In this document: one piece after another, positions 18,592-28,567 of the stretch
How the letters are laid out: every line of letters starts with the position of its first letter
Position numbering within the stretch: the stretch's first letter is position 1
Origin: Spirochaetia bacterium
GTDB taxonomy: Bacteria > Spirochaetota > Spirochaetia > SZUA-6 > Bin103
Length of the DNA stretch: 64,000 nucleotides
Reading direction: 5' to 3'
NCBI GenBank assembly: GCA_965208575.1
Contig: CBDBOV010000005.1
Location: forward strand, 1 to 64,000
Notes under the pieces: generated by a model
Told to the model about the DNA's origin: nothing
The model's input: only the letters and a program-made list of their open reading frames with translations
Databases searched by the model: none
Made by a program: the position numbers and the translations under genes

Positions 18592-19590
18592 TCAGTCGTA
18601 GCGGACCCTGGGGTCCACGACCGCGTAGACCAGGTCGATGAGCAGATTGATCCCGACCACGCCGGTGGCGAAGAACAGGTTGATGCCGGAGACCACCGGG
18701 TAATCCCGGTCACTCAGTGCGTGCACCATGAGCCGACCCAGCCCCGGCAGGTTGAATATGTTCTCCATGATCACGGAGCCACCTACCAGAATAGGCAGCT
18801 GCAGGCCTACCAGCGAAACCACCGGGATCAGGGCATTCTTGATGGCGTGCCTCACCACTACGACCGTCTCCTTGAGGCCCTTGGACCAGGCGGTCCTGAT
18901 AAAATCCTGCCTCAGCACCTCCAGCATCATGGTACGCGTCATCCGCATCGTGGCCGCAGCCGACGCCGTGCCCAGAATCAGGCTGGGAATAATGAACACC
19001 GCCAGATTCCCGAGCGGGTCTTCGGTGAAGGCAACCAGCTCCAGCGGCGGCGCCCAGCCCCACCAGATGCCCGGGTAGATCATGACCATGATGCCGAGCC
19101 AGAAGTTCGGCGTAGCCAGGCCGACGATGGCGATGGAGCGCCCCGCGTAGTCGGCGGCCGTATCCTGGCGAATCGCCGAGTAGATGCCGACCGGCAGGGC
19201 TATCACCAGCCCGATCAGGATTGCCATGACGCCAAGCTGAATGGTTACCGGCAGTCTGTCTATTATCTTCTCTTCTACCGACCTGAAGCCCAGCAGTGAG
19301 TTGCCAAGGGTGCCCTGGAGGAGACCGTTGAATTCGGACTCGCCGGTAATCCAGTCGGGCGTCGGCAGCACTCCTATCCAGCGTCCATACTGCACCCAGG
19401 CAGGCACGTCCAATCCCAGCATGCGTTCTATTGCTGCACGGTCTACCTCGACACCCAGGGTGTCCAGTTCACCCACCATCGCATCTACTGTATCGCCGGG
19501 GATGAAGCGCACGGACAGAAAGACCAGGGTGGTCAATATCCACAAGGTGGGGATTATCAGCAGCAACCGTCTGATGAGATAGGCTCTCAT
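18592..19590 (-). CDS. ABC permease, DppB-like (paralog of 1500-2456)
   Basis: MRAYLIRRLL, DFIRTAWSKGL, DPRVRYD. Confidence 0.92.
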   Translation of the reverse strand: MRAYLIRRLLLIIPTLWILTTLVFLSVRFIPGDTVDAMVGELDTLGVEVDRAAIERMLGLDVPAWVQYGRWIGVLPTPDWITGESEFNGLLQGTLGNSLLGFRSVEEKIIDRLPVTIQLGVMAILIGLVIALPVGIYSAIRQDTAADYAGRSIAIVGLATPNFWLGIMVMIYPGIWWGWAPPLELVAFTEDPLGNLAVFIIPSLILGTASAAATMRMTRTMMLEVLRQDFIRTAWSKGLKETVVVVRHAIKNALIPVVSLVGLQLPILVGGSVIMENIFNLPGLGRLMVHALSDRDYPVVSGINLFFATGVVGINLLIDLVYAVVDPRVRYD

Positions 19591-20557
19591 GTCACACGCC
19601 TCGTCATTCAATGAAAGGGAGCCGGGAACCGTGCTCTGAAGCGACAGCCTCCCCGCCCCCTCCTACTCCAAGCTCAGCGATAAGAGTAAGCCCTAATAGC
19701 CCATCGCTTCCTTCATCGCGCTATCAATCCAGAGGCGCGCGTAGACCAAGCCAGCGCTGACGGACCCCAGATCGGTCTCACCGTTGTAACCTTTGACCCA
19801 CGGCTGGTGCGCGAGAATAAATGGGGCCATCGGACCCCATAGATACCAGTGCCTCTCTATCGCGTACATGTCCGCCTCTCCCACCAGCCTCTTCTGCTCC
19901 TCGAGGGTGGCAGCGGCGTCGGCGGCTTCAACCATGGCGTCATAAACGGAATCCTTGTTCGCGCCGGTCAACCCGGTGCGGTTGAAAGCAGTGGCCGAGT
20001 GCGATTGGCGTACCGCGGCGGGCGGGGACCAGTCAACAGCCGCAATCGAAGTGACCATACCCTCAAAGGTATGGTTATGTACACGATCGACAAGCGTGGG
20101 CACGTCGACTACCTCAATCTCTACATCAACGCCGATCTCACGCCAGTATTCAACCAGTGCTTGCATGGGGTTTATGTCGACCCGCTGGAAATGAGTCATC
20201 TTCGTCTTGAACCTGACGCCGTCCGAACCGCGGGAGAGCCCAGCCGCATCGAGCAACGCCTCGGCACCTTCCGGGTCATACCTATAGCCCTTCTTGACCT
20301 CCTCGGGCCACTGTGCAAATGGGATGTTATACCCCTCGACCCTCACCCACCCGTGAGGTGTCGCGACTCCTATACCCTTGAAGTAGGTATTGTTGACGGC
20401 CTCGGAGTCAATTGCCATCTGCATCGCCTTGCGCACCCTCAGGTCGTCAAAAGGCGGATTGATAACGTCAAAACCAAGAGCAGTGTCCGACCGCCCGAAC
20501 ACATGCCACTGCACGATCTCAGGGTTAGTGCGCTTGAGGCTTTCTGCCTGGTCGATT

Positions 20558-22091
20558 GGGTGCATTCTTTCTCTGTGGTAGCGGAATAGGAACCCTCCCA
20601 GAGACCAGAGATTCGGTGATGTGGTAAACATCGACCTGTCTCTGGGAGGGGACCAAAATGAGTGAGACCTTGGTAACGGAGTTGCTCCGGTTTTGCAAGA
20701 CCCGGTGCGGGATTGACCTGAACCCGTGCAGCGGACCACGGGATCTGCTCGCCGCGGAGCTCGGTATGCTGAAGTGCCTGGTGGCTGCGGGACGTGCAGC
20801 GATGCAACGCTGGTGTGAGCAAGTCGGTGATGGGTATGTCGGTGCGCGCGCAACCCGCGGCGAGGTTCGGTACCGCTTTGTCGGGAGACGGCGGAAGACG
20901 CTGCATGGGCTGTTCGGCGTGATCACCTTGGTGCGCGCCTACTACGCGCCGCTCGGTGGCGGTGGCAAGGGGTGGGTGCCGCTGACAGAGCAACTGGGTA
21001 TCGCGGGCGGGTACACGCCTGGGTGCCAGTACTTCATGGCGCGGTGGTGCGCCGAGCAGTCCTACGAGCAGGGTCTGGCGCAATTCCACGAGGTGTTGCG
21101 GCCTGACGGGCGGGAGCTGGTGTCGATGAACAAGGCGTTCGAGATGGTGCGGGCGGTTACTGACGGGTTGGCGGAGCAACGCCAGCGGGAGATTGTCGAG
21201 CGTGCCGACGAGCCGGTGGCGGTGCGCGAAGAGATCACCGGGACGATGGTCGTGGGCATCGACGCGGGGAAGGTGGCGACACGCGCGAACGAGCGGGTAA
21301 CTGAAGATGGGAAAAAGAGTTACGATCGCGTGTTTCGGGACTCCAAGGTAGCGACGGTATCAGCGGTGAAGGTGGACCGGGAGGGTGCAGCGCACTGCAC
21401 CAAGACCTCCTGTGTCACCGGGATCGAGCATGCTGATGAGTTCTTTCCCCGGATCGAGGTGGAAATGAGCCGGCGCAGCGCTCACCTGGCAGCGCTGGTG
21501 CTGGTGATTCTGGGCGATGGAGCGCATTGGATATGGGACCGGGTCTCCCAGCTGTCCGAACCCGGGCAGAAGGTCTGGCACATCCTCGATTTCTGGCATG
21601 CCTGCGACCACTTGGGGAAGATCGGCAAGGTGTTGTACGGCGAGGGCAGCGAGCAGTTCAAGAGATCCTTCAAGCGCTGGCGCAGCCTGCTGCGCAAGGG
21701 CTGCGTCGCCGCCGTAATCAAGGAACTGCAGGAACTGCACGTCAGTGGCCGCTACAGCGAGAAGCAGTGCTACGACCTCCAGGGCGAGATCAACTACTTC
21801 ACGGCCAACCAGCACCGCATGGACTACCCGCTGTATCGATCGTGCGGTCTGCCGATCGGCAGCGGTGTAGTCGAGGGAGCCTGCAAGAACGTCGTCGCCA
21901 AGCGCATGAAGCAGAGTGGGATGACTTGGTCGCTGGACGGAGCCAAGGAGATGCTTCAGCTCCGCGCTTCGGCGAAGAGCCGTCGCTTCTGGGACGATTT
22001 CGAGAGCCTGTTGCCCTCATCGCCCACCCCAGAATCCAACCAGATCCAGCTTGAGGCTGCCTGACCGCTACCACACTGACGGAATGCACCC
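20558..22091 (+). mobile_element. ISKra4-like insertion sequence (1534 bp)
   Basis: 27-bp TIR GGGTGCATTC-N6-TGTGGTAGCGG (4 mismatches); 9-bp TSD TGGTCGATT at 20549-20557 and 22092-22100. Confidence 0.88.
20658..22064 (+). CDS. ISKra4-family (mutator-like DDE) transposase
   Basis: GDGAHWIW, LDFWHACDHL, PIGSGVVEGACK, RMKQSGMTWS. Confidence 0.85.
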   Translation: MSETLVTELLRFCKTRCGIDLNPCSGPRDLLAAELGMLKCLVAAGRAAMQRWCEQVGDGYVGARATRGEVRYRFVGRRRKTLHGLFGVITLVRAYYAPLGGGGKGWVPLTEQLGIAGGYTPGCQYFMARWCAEQSYEQGLAQFHEVLRPDGRELVSMNKAFEMVRAVTDGLAEQRQREIVERADEPVAVREEITGTMVVGIDAGKVATRANERVTEDGKKSYDRVFRDSKVATVSAVKVDREGAAHCTKTSCVTGIEHADEFFPRIEVEMSRRSAHLAALVLVILGDGAHWIWDRVSQLSEPGQKVWHILDFWHACDHLGKIGKVLYGEGSEQFKRSFKRWRSLLRKGCVAAVIKELQELHVSGRYSEKQCYDLQGEINYFTANQHRMDYPLYRSCGLPIGSGVVEGACKNVVAKRMKQSGMTWSLDGAKEMLQLRASAKSRRFWDDFESLLPSSPTPESNQIQLEAA

Positions 22092-23734
22092 TGGTCGATT
22101 GATGTTATTGAAGATGCCCCGGCATGACCCGTATAATCAAGCTGACGCGAGCGTAGCGCCGCCAGAATTGTCGCCGTTTCAGGCATGATCAGGGTCCTTA
22201 TCTTGTCAGTATAGGGCAAGCGGTTCTCCGGGTATTTCTCGTCGTGGCCCCAGTAGTCAGGATTCCTTTCGTAGGTTATCGAGCTTTCCTCGACCCTGTC
22301 AGTCAGCATATAGGGCCCAGTGCCGACCAGGTTCCTCCAATCTTTGACGTCGCCCTGCTGTTTGATCACCTCGGGGGGTAATATGGTGCCGGTTTGGGCG
22401 AGGGCGAGGTTCATCAGCGCTTGGAGGCTCGGCTCCTTCAGCTTCACGACAACCGTCCACTCGTCGGTGGCCGCTATCGATTCGATTGGCAAATCCTTGA
22501 TCCAGTCAGTGGGACTAGGTTCGGTGAAGCCGCTGCCGAGACCGGTCACACGATGAAGGTTGTATTCGATGTCCGAGGCATTCAGCTCCCGACCGTTCAT
22601 CGGCGCCTTATCGTGCCAGTGAACACCCTGACGGATGTGGAAGATTATCGTGAGTGGGTCGGGTTGCTCCCAGCTTTCAGCCAACTGCCCTCTCAGGGGA
22701 ATTCCCAGCACCACGCCTGTTGAAGTGAGGCTATTTTGGTCCCTTGGTATTGCCCAGTCCGCAATGCCCAGCTTCTCTACCACAGGAGCGACAAGATTTC
22801 CCGGCCCGTGCTGGAACCAGGTGTCGGCAACCGGATAGTCGCCCTTTATAGCATGGGAAAATGTCCCGCCATACTCCGGCGCCGTCACCATCTTGCCGGT
22901 GGTTGGGTCCATCACCATTTCCTGCTCCATGGCGGCTGCCGGCTCCTCTTCTGCGGCAGCTGCCCAGAGGCTGGCTGCGGTCAGGACCAGGACCAACGCA
23001 ACCGCGAAGGTCCTTGTGACTCGTACAATATTCATACGTAACTCCGTATAGGTTGATTCTTTGAGAGCATTGCCGGAGCGGATTGCCGCTCCCTGGCTGC
23101 TCTCGCGCCCGCAACGCGGGACAGCCAGTCAGAGTCAGATTCCCGGCGTGCGCGGCGTGTGACTCAGCCGGGTTCACCCGGGTCACACCGCGCGCGCGTG
23201 CGGTTCTTTGCGTATGATGGGCACCTCCGATGCGCCGGGACACCGGCGGGGTGTGGTGAACGTGATTGACCGGTAACGCCGACGGTCGGTTCCGCGACGG
23301 TGAGACGAGGGGCGGGCCCCAGGAAGGTTGCGGTGATGAGCGAACGAAGGTGGACTGAGCCGCCACCGCACGCAGCCGGCCGCGGCCCCCGCGCTGCAGG
23401 CGAAGACGCCCGCGCGGCGATCAGCGGTGGCGGTTAAAGGTTTCTCGTATAAAGAGTTGCCGGGGGGGGGCCTACTGGTTGCGTCAACTGGTAGCAGTTC
23501 TGAGTGCTATGGTCGCGCATGGTCGGCATGTGTCCGAAACCGCTCAGTCAATGATCATGCACCGTCCGATGCCGTCCGTCAAGGCCCCCGCAATCCCCCG
23601 CAATGCCCCCTAATCCGAGGTTTGAGAGGCCGTTCTTGTAACTGTTTCCTATTACAGGAATTAGCGTGTTCATGGGTGTAAATCGTGTCCATGTAAATAG
23701 TCCTGTGGTTCAGCGTTAATTTTCTCTCATCTGG

Positions 23735-23764
23735 TTGACATGTAATTATTAAATGATCTACCAT
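23735..23764 (+). promoter_or_regulatory. Candidate transposase promoter (mirrored in copy 1)
   Basis: TTGACA-18 nt AT-rich-TACCAT upstream of ATG 23783. Confidence 0.45.
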
Positions 23765-23782
23765 TCCCTCCGTAGGGTGCCC

Positions 23783-25513
23783 ATGTACATCGACACCGTC
23801 CCCAACCGCAACTCTCCCCCAGCCGTCCTCCTCCGCGAGTCCTTCCGCCAGCACGGCAAGGTCAAAAAACGCACCATCGCCAACCTCTCCAAGTGGCCCG
23901 ATCACCTCGTCGAGGGTTTGCGCGTCCTCCTCAACGGCGGTATCGCTCTGCGCTCTCCCAACGAACTGCTCTCCATCTTGCGCAGCTATCCCCACGGCCA
24001 CGTCGCCGCCGTCCTCGGTTCCCTCCGCAAGCTCTCCCTCCATTCCCTCGTCGCTCGTCCCGCCTCCCGTGAACGCGACCTGGTCGTCGCCATGATCGTC
24101 GCTCGCGTCGTCGACGCTCGCTCCAAACTCGCCACCGCTCGCGGCCTGAACCCCGAAAGCGCCGTCTCCTCCCTCGGCCACCTGCTGCAGTTGGGAGCCG
24201 TCGACGAGAATGAGCTGTATGCCGCCATGGATTGGCTGCTCGCTCGCCAGCACGGCATCGAGCAGCGCTTGGCCAAGCGCCATCTGCATGACAACACGCT
24301 CATGTTGTACGACCTGACTTCCAGTTACTTCCATGGCCACACCTGCCCGTTGGCGCGCCGTGGTCACAGCCGCGACGGCAAACGCGGCACCTTGCAGATC
24401 GTGTTCGGCCTGCTGTGTACCGCAGACGGCTGTCCCATCGCCGTCGAGGTATTCGAGGGCTCCACCAGTGACCCCAAGACGGTCGCCGCTCAGGTCGACA
24501 AGATTCGCAACCGTTTCGGCTTGCAGCGCGTCGTGCTGGTCGGCGACCGCGGCATGCTCACCGGCGCGCGCATCCGCGAGGACCTGCAGGGGATCGACGG
24601 CCTGCGCTGGATCACGACCCTGCGGGCGCCCACCATCCGCAAGCTGATCGAGGCCGGCGAAGTGGCGCAGACCATGTTCGACGAGCGTGACCTGGCGGAG
24701 ATCAGCTCACCCGAGTTCCCCGGCGAGCGGCTGATCGTGTGCCGCAACCCGATCCTGGCCGAGCAACGGCAGCGCAAGAGGCAGAAGTTGCTGGCCTCCA
24801 CGGAGGAGGAACTGACGCCGATCGTGACGGCCACGCAGCGCGCCAAAAAGCCGCTGCGCGGCGCCGCCGCGATCGGCCTGCGGGTGGGCAAGGTGATCAA
24901 CCACTACAAGGTGGGCAAGCATTTCACCACCACCATCACCGACGACTCGTTCTCGTTCGTGCGTGACCTGGACAAGATCGCGGCCGAGGAAGAACTGGAC
25001 GGGCTCTACATCGTGCGCTCCAACGTGGAGCCGGAGCTGTTCGACGCCGAGCAGACGGTGACGGCGTACAAGGATCTGGCCAAGGTGGAGCGCGCCTTCC
25101 GCAGCATGAAAACGGTGGATCTGAAGGTGCGACCGATCTATCACCGCAGTGCTGACCGGGTGCGGGCGCACGTGTTCCTGTGCATGCTGGCCTACTACGT
25201 GGAGTGGCACATGCGCAGCAAGCTGGCGCCGGTGCTGTTCGACGACCACGACCGCGCCGCCGGCGAGGCGCTGCGCGAGTCGGTGGTGCAACCGGCGGAA
25301 CGCTCACCGGCCGCACACCGGAAGGCGGCGAGCAAGCGTACCGACGACGGTCTGCCGGTGCACAGCTTTCGCAGCCTGATGAGCGAGTTGGGGACGCTGA
25401 CGGCCAACCGCGTGCGGATAGTGGATAGCGGCGCCACGTTCACCATGCACAGCGAACCGACCGCGCTGCAGCAGCGCTGTTTCGATCTCCTGGAGGTCAG
25501 CGCCCAAGTGTAG
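23783..25513 (+). CDS. IS1634-family DDE transposase (protein identical to copy 1)
   Basis: Identical translation in the ORF track. Confidence 0.92.
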   Translation: MYIDTVPNRNSPPAVLLRESFRQHGKVKKRTIANLSKWPDHLVEGLRVLLNGGIALRSPNELLSILRSYPHGHVAAVLGSLRKLSLHSLVARPASRERDLVVAMIVARVVDARSKLATARGLNPESAVSSLGHLLQLGAVDENELYAAMDWLLARQHGIEQRLAKRHLHDNTLMLYDLTSSYFHGHTCPLARRGHSRDGKRGTLQIVFGLLCTADGCPIAVEVFEGSTSDPKTVAAQVDKIRNRFGLQRVVLVGDRGMLTGARIREDLQGIDGLRWITTLRAPTIRKLIEAGEVAQTMFDERDLAEISSPEFPGERLIVCRNPILAEQRQRKRQKLLASTEEELTPIVTATQRAKKPLRGAAAIGLRVGKVINHYKVGKHFTTTITDDSFSFVRDLDKIAAEEELDGLYIVRSNVEPELFDAEQTVTAYKDLAKVERAFRSMKTVDLKVRPIYHRSADRVRAHVFLCMLAYYVEWHMRSKLAPVLFDDHDRAAGEALRESVVQPAERSPAAHRKAASKRTDDGLPVHSFRSLMSELGTLTANRVRIVDSGATFTMHSEPTALQQRCFDLLEVSAQV

Positions 25514-25701
25514 CCAGTAACGGACATCGGCTGTTGAGCGCAATTTTCAGATCAATAACGAATTAACAAGATTCCCGCTCTGGAACTTCGGCCTAATGCC
25601 CCCGCACAGCGGCCAACAGCGGCCCAGCGGCCCAGCGTCATCCCACACAGCCGGTCAGGCCAGAGTGGGGGACAGCCGACAGGTTGCTCGGCGCTCCGGT
25701 G

Positions 25702-27540
25702 TCAGGAATCTGAGCGTTGCTCGATCGCGGCTGCGCGCTGCTGGGCGGCGCGCAGGCGGGCCGGGTCGAACTTGCCGGCGCGGTCGAACTTGTAGATGCC
25801 GTTCTGCTCCTGGTAGATGTCGGTGAGCTGGGTGTAGCAGTAGCCGAACATGTCGGGGTTGTCGAGCAGCACGGCGCACAGCCGCTCGAAGCGAGCGTAG
25901 AACTCCTCCAGGCTGCGCGGGCGCTCGCCGTACCCCCACGAGTCCTCGCCGGCGGCCGCATCGGGGTTCCACCAGATACCGCCGAACTCGCTCACGAAGT
26001 AGGGCTGACCGCGGTAGGCGATCGACCACTGCAGCCCGCCGGCCAGCCGCTCCAGCGTGCGCTGCGGCATGCCCCAGCCGGCCGCGCTGTTCAGGTACGG
26101 CTTGCCGTCGGCCAGGCCGGCCTGGTTGGCCGCGAGCTGCTCCGGATCCTGGGAGTAGTCGTGGCTGTCGTAGACGTCGGACTCGGGAACGCGGTGCGAG
26201 TAGCCGGAGCTGTCCAGCACCGGGCGCGTGGTGTCCATTGCCTTGGTGGCCAGAAACATGCCGCGCGTCACGTCGTCCAGCACCGTGATCCGGTCGCCGA
26301 GCCGCTGCCAGGTCTCGTTCAGCGGGCACCAGCCGACGATGCACGGGTGCGAGTAGTCGCGCTCCAGGACCTCCAGCCACTGGGTGACGTACTCGGCGCC
26401 CGGCCTCTGGTGCTCGCCGTCGATGGGGCCTTCGAGGCGGCAGCCCCAGTCGCCGAACTCGCCCCACACCAGGTAGCCGAGCCGGTCGGCGTGGTACAGG
26501 AAGCGCTCCTCGAACACCTTCTGGTGCAGGCGCGCGCCGTTGAAACCGGCCGCCATGCTCAGCTCGATGTCGCGGCGCAGGGCCGCGTCGGTCGGCGCGG
26601 TCATGATGCCGTCCGGGTAGTAGCCCTGGTCCAGCACCAGGCGCTGAAATACCACCTCGCCGTTGAGCCGGATCGCCTTGCCGTCGATGCTCACGGCGCG
26701 CAGCGCGGTGTACGAGGCCGCCTCGTCCACCACCGTACCGGCGGCATCCACCAGCGTGATGGCGACGTCGTAGAGATGCGGGGCGCCGGCCTGCCACAGC
26801 CGGCGGCGGCCCGCGGGGACGTGCAGGTCGAGACGCGGTGCCAGGTCCAGGTCGGCGGCGCACTCGGCGCCGGCCACCAGGCCGTCGGCATCGCTGAGCG
26901 TGGCGCGCAGGCGCATGCAGGGCGCGTTGCCGGTCAGCGGCTGCTCCAGGCGAATGACGCCGCCGGCCACGTCCGGCGTCAGCCGCGGCCGGCGCAGCGC
27001 CAGGTCGGGCACCGGCTCCATCCACACCGTCTGCCAGATGCCGGTGGTTCGCACGTAGATGGCGCGGTGCGGCCCATACTCGCGCGACTGCTTGCCGCGC
27101 GGCTGCGGGCGCTCCGCGCTGTCGCGCGCGCGCACGGTGACGACCGCCTCCTCGCCCGGCGCCGCCACGCCGTGCAGGTCACAGGTAAATGGCGAGAACC
27201 CGCCGCGATGGCGCCCTACTTCGACGCCGTTGACCCACACCGTGGCGTCGTAGTCGACGGCCTGGAAATGCAGCAGGACGCGGCGGCCCGCCCACCCCGC
27301 GGGAATGGTCGCGGTGCGGCGGTACCAGACGGCGTTGAGGTAGTCGTGGTTCTCGATCCCCGACAACCGGGATTCCGGGCAGAAGGGCACCGTGATGGCG
27401 CCGTTCAGGTCGCGCTCCAGGAGCCCGCGGTCGATGCCGCTGTCTCCCTGATCGATCTCGAACTGCCACTGGCCGTTGAGGTTCAGCCAGTCGGGGCGCA
27501 CGAACTGCGGGCGGGGATACTCGTCACGGGGTGTCGGCAC
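25702..27540 (-). CDS. Glycoside hydrolase family 2 (beta-galactosidase/glucuronidase-like)
   Basis: EYPRPQF, LNLNGQWQF, TTGIWQTVW, LDQGYYPDG, GFNGARLH, PLNE, VSEFGG; GTG start with AAGGAG SD. Confidence 0.88.
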   Translation of the reverse strand: MPTPRDEYPRPQFVRPDWLNLNGQWQFEIDQGDSGIDRGLLERDLNGAITVPFCPESRLSGIENHDYLNAVWYRRTATIPAGWAGRRVLLHFQAVDYDATVWVNGVEVGRHRGGFSPFTCDLHGVAAPGEEAVVTVRARDSAERPQPRGKQSREYGPHRAIYVRTTGIWQTVWMEPVPDLALRRPRLTPDVAGGVIRLEQPLTGNAPCMRLRATLSDADGLVAGAECAADLDLAPRLDLHVPAGRRRLWQAGAPHLYDVAITLVDAAGTVVDEAASYTALRAVSIDGKAIRLNGEVVFQRLVLDQGYYPDGIMTAPTDAALRRDIELSMAAGFNGARLHQKVFEERFLYHADRLGYLVWGEFGDWGCRLEGPIDGEHQRPGAEYVTQWLEVLERDYSHPCIVGWCPLNETWQRLGDRITVLDDVTRGMFLATKAMDTTRPVLDSSGYSHRVPESDVYDSHDYSQDPEQLAANQAGLADGKPYLNSAAGWGMPQRTLERLAGGLQWSIAYRGQPYFVSEFGGIWWNPDAAAGEDSWGYGERPRSLEEFYARFERLCAVLLDNPDMFGYCYTQLTDIYQEQNGIYKFDRAGKFDPARLRAAQQRAAAIEQRSDS

Positions 27541-27595
27541 TGTGCTCTCCTTTGCGATGTGCGGTTGCGATGGGCGGTCTCGAATCGCCGGCCCG

Positions 27596-28453
27596 TTACA
27601 CCGGAGCCGGGTGGCGGTAGGGGAGGCGGTCGGGCTGCCGCTCCAGGGGCTCGGCGTCACCCGCGTAGCGCACCAACACGCTCATCCAGCGCCGCTTCGC
27701 GTCGTCCGGCCAGTCGTTCGGCGGGTCCTGGCGCTTCTCGTACATCTGCGCCTGCATGCGCTCGGGCAGGGATGCCATGTCCGGCTGGTACCACAGCGTC
27801 AGCATCGGCCGCTCCTGGTCCGACTGGTTGGTATGCGCGGCGTGCAGCATGCGCGCATCGACCACCAGCAGGTCGCCGGGGGTCGCCGGCACGTCCTCCT
27901 CGTCCGGCCGGTCGGAGAACGCCGGGTGGTCCAGGTCCTCCAGCTCCCGCACGGCCGCAATGCGGTGCGAGTCTCCGATCTCGTCGTGCAGCGGGTTGTA
28001 CCGGCGGTGGCTGCCCGGTACCACGCGCAGGCAGCCGTTGTCACGCGTCGTCTCGGTGAGGTAGTACATCAGCGCCACCTGCGGCGGTTCGGGTTCATAG
28101 CTGCGCGCATCCTCCCAGGCGTACCAGTCCTGGTGCCAGTACAGCCGCGGTCCGCGCGGCGGCTTGGAGATGATATAGCCGTTGGAGAAGCACGGCGCCC
28201 GGTAGCCGATGCTGGCCAGCGCCGCCAGGGCCGGTTCGTAGCACACCAGCTCGGCGAACAGCGGGTCCACCGTCAGGCCGATGATGCAGCCCTGCGACCT
28301 GCGCGCCGCGCGATGCTCGGCGGATACCGCCGCCACGTGGCGCCGTGCGCTGTCCTGTATGCGGCCGAGAAACTCGGGTGCCAGGACTCCCGGGAAGCGG
28401 ACGAACCCCCGGTCCAGCAACTCGCGTCGTCGTGCGGAATCGGTCCTGTGCAT
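27596..28453 (-). CDS. PhyH-family dioxygenase
   Basis: YWHQD, NGCLRVVPGSH, PGDLLVVDARMLH. Confidence 0.88.
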   Translation of the reverse strand: MHRTDSARRRELLDRGFVRFPGVLAPEFLGRIQDSARRHVAAVSAEHRAARRSQGCIIGLTVDPLFAELVCYEPALAALASIGYRAPCFSNGYIISKPPRGPRLYWHQDWYAWEDARSYEPEPPQVALMYYLTETTRDNGCLRVVPGSHRRYNPLHDEIGDSHRIAAVRELEDLDHPAFSDRPDEEDVPATPGDLLVVDARMLHAAHTNQSDQERPMLTLWYQPDMASLPERMQAQMYEKRQDPPNDWPDDAKRRWMSVLVRYAGDAEPLERQPDRLPYRHPAPV

Positions 28454-28567
28454 GCTCAAGGCCTCCGGCCGCGCGCAGCAGCAGCCGCAGTCGCTCCAGG
28501 ATAGGTCTCCACGGACCCGGACATCAAGGGCACGACGCCCGCCCGGCACGCTCGGTACCTGGTGTGC

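Larger units (their letters stand above)
19693..23035 (-). pseudogene. Family-5 SBP gene interrupted by an IS
   Basis: Joining 23035-22092 to 20548-19693 gives 1800 nt in frame (599 aa; ...SITSIDQAESLKRTNP...). Confidence 0.9.
23615..25591 (+). mobile_element. IS1634-family insertion sequence, copy 2 (1977 bp, inverted relative to copy 1)
   Basis: Same TIRs as copy 1; 6-bp TSD CCTAAT at 23609-23614 and 25592-25597. Confidence 0.9.

Noticed and set aside
15663-25591. Composite transposon that delivered the ABC module
   Set aside because: The outer flanks do not share a TSD; each IS copy has its own matched 6-bp TSD, indicating independent insertions.
25717-28059. Long antisense or alternate-frame ORFs (this one, 8998-11169, 49135-51096, 49632-51683 and others)
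   Set aside because: Typical shadow ORFs of high-GC genes, Arg/Pro/Gly-rich or mirror-frame, with no recognisable motifs.
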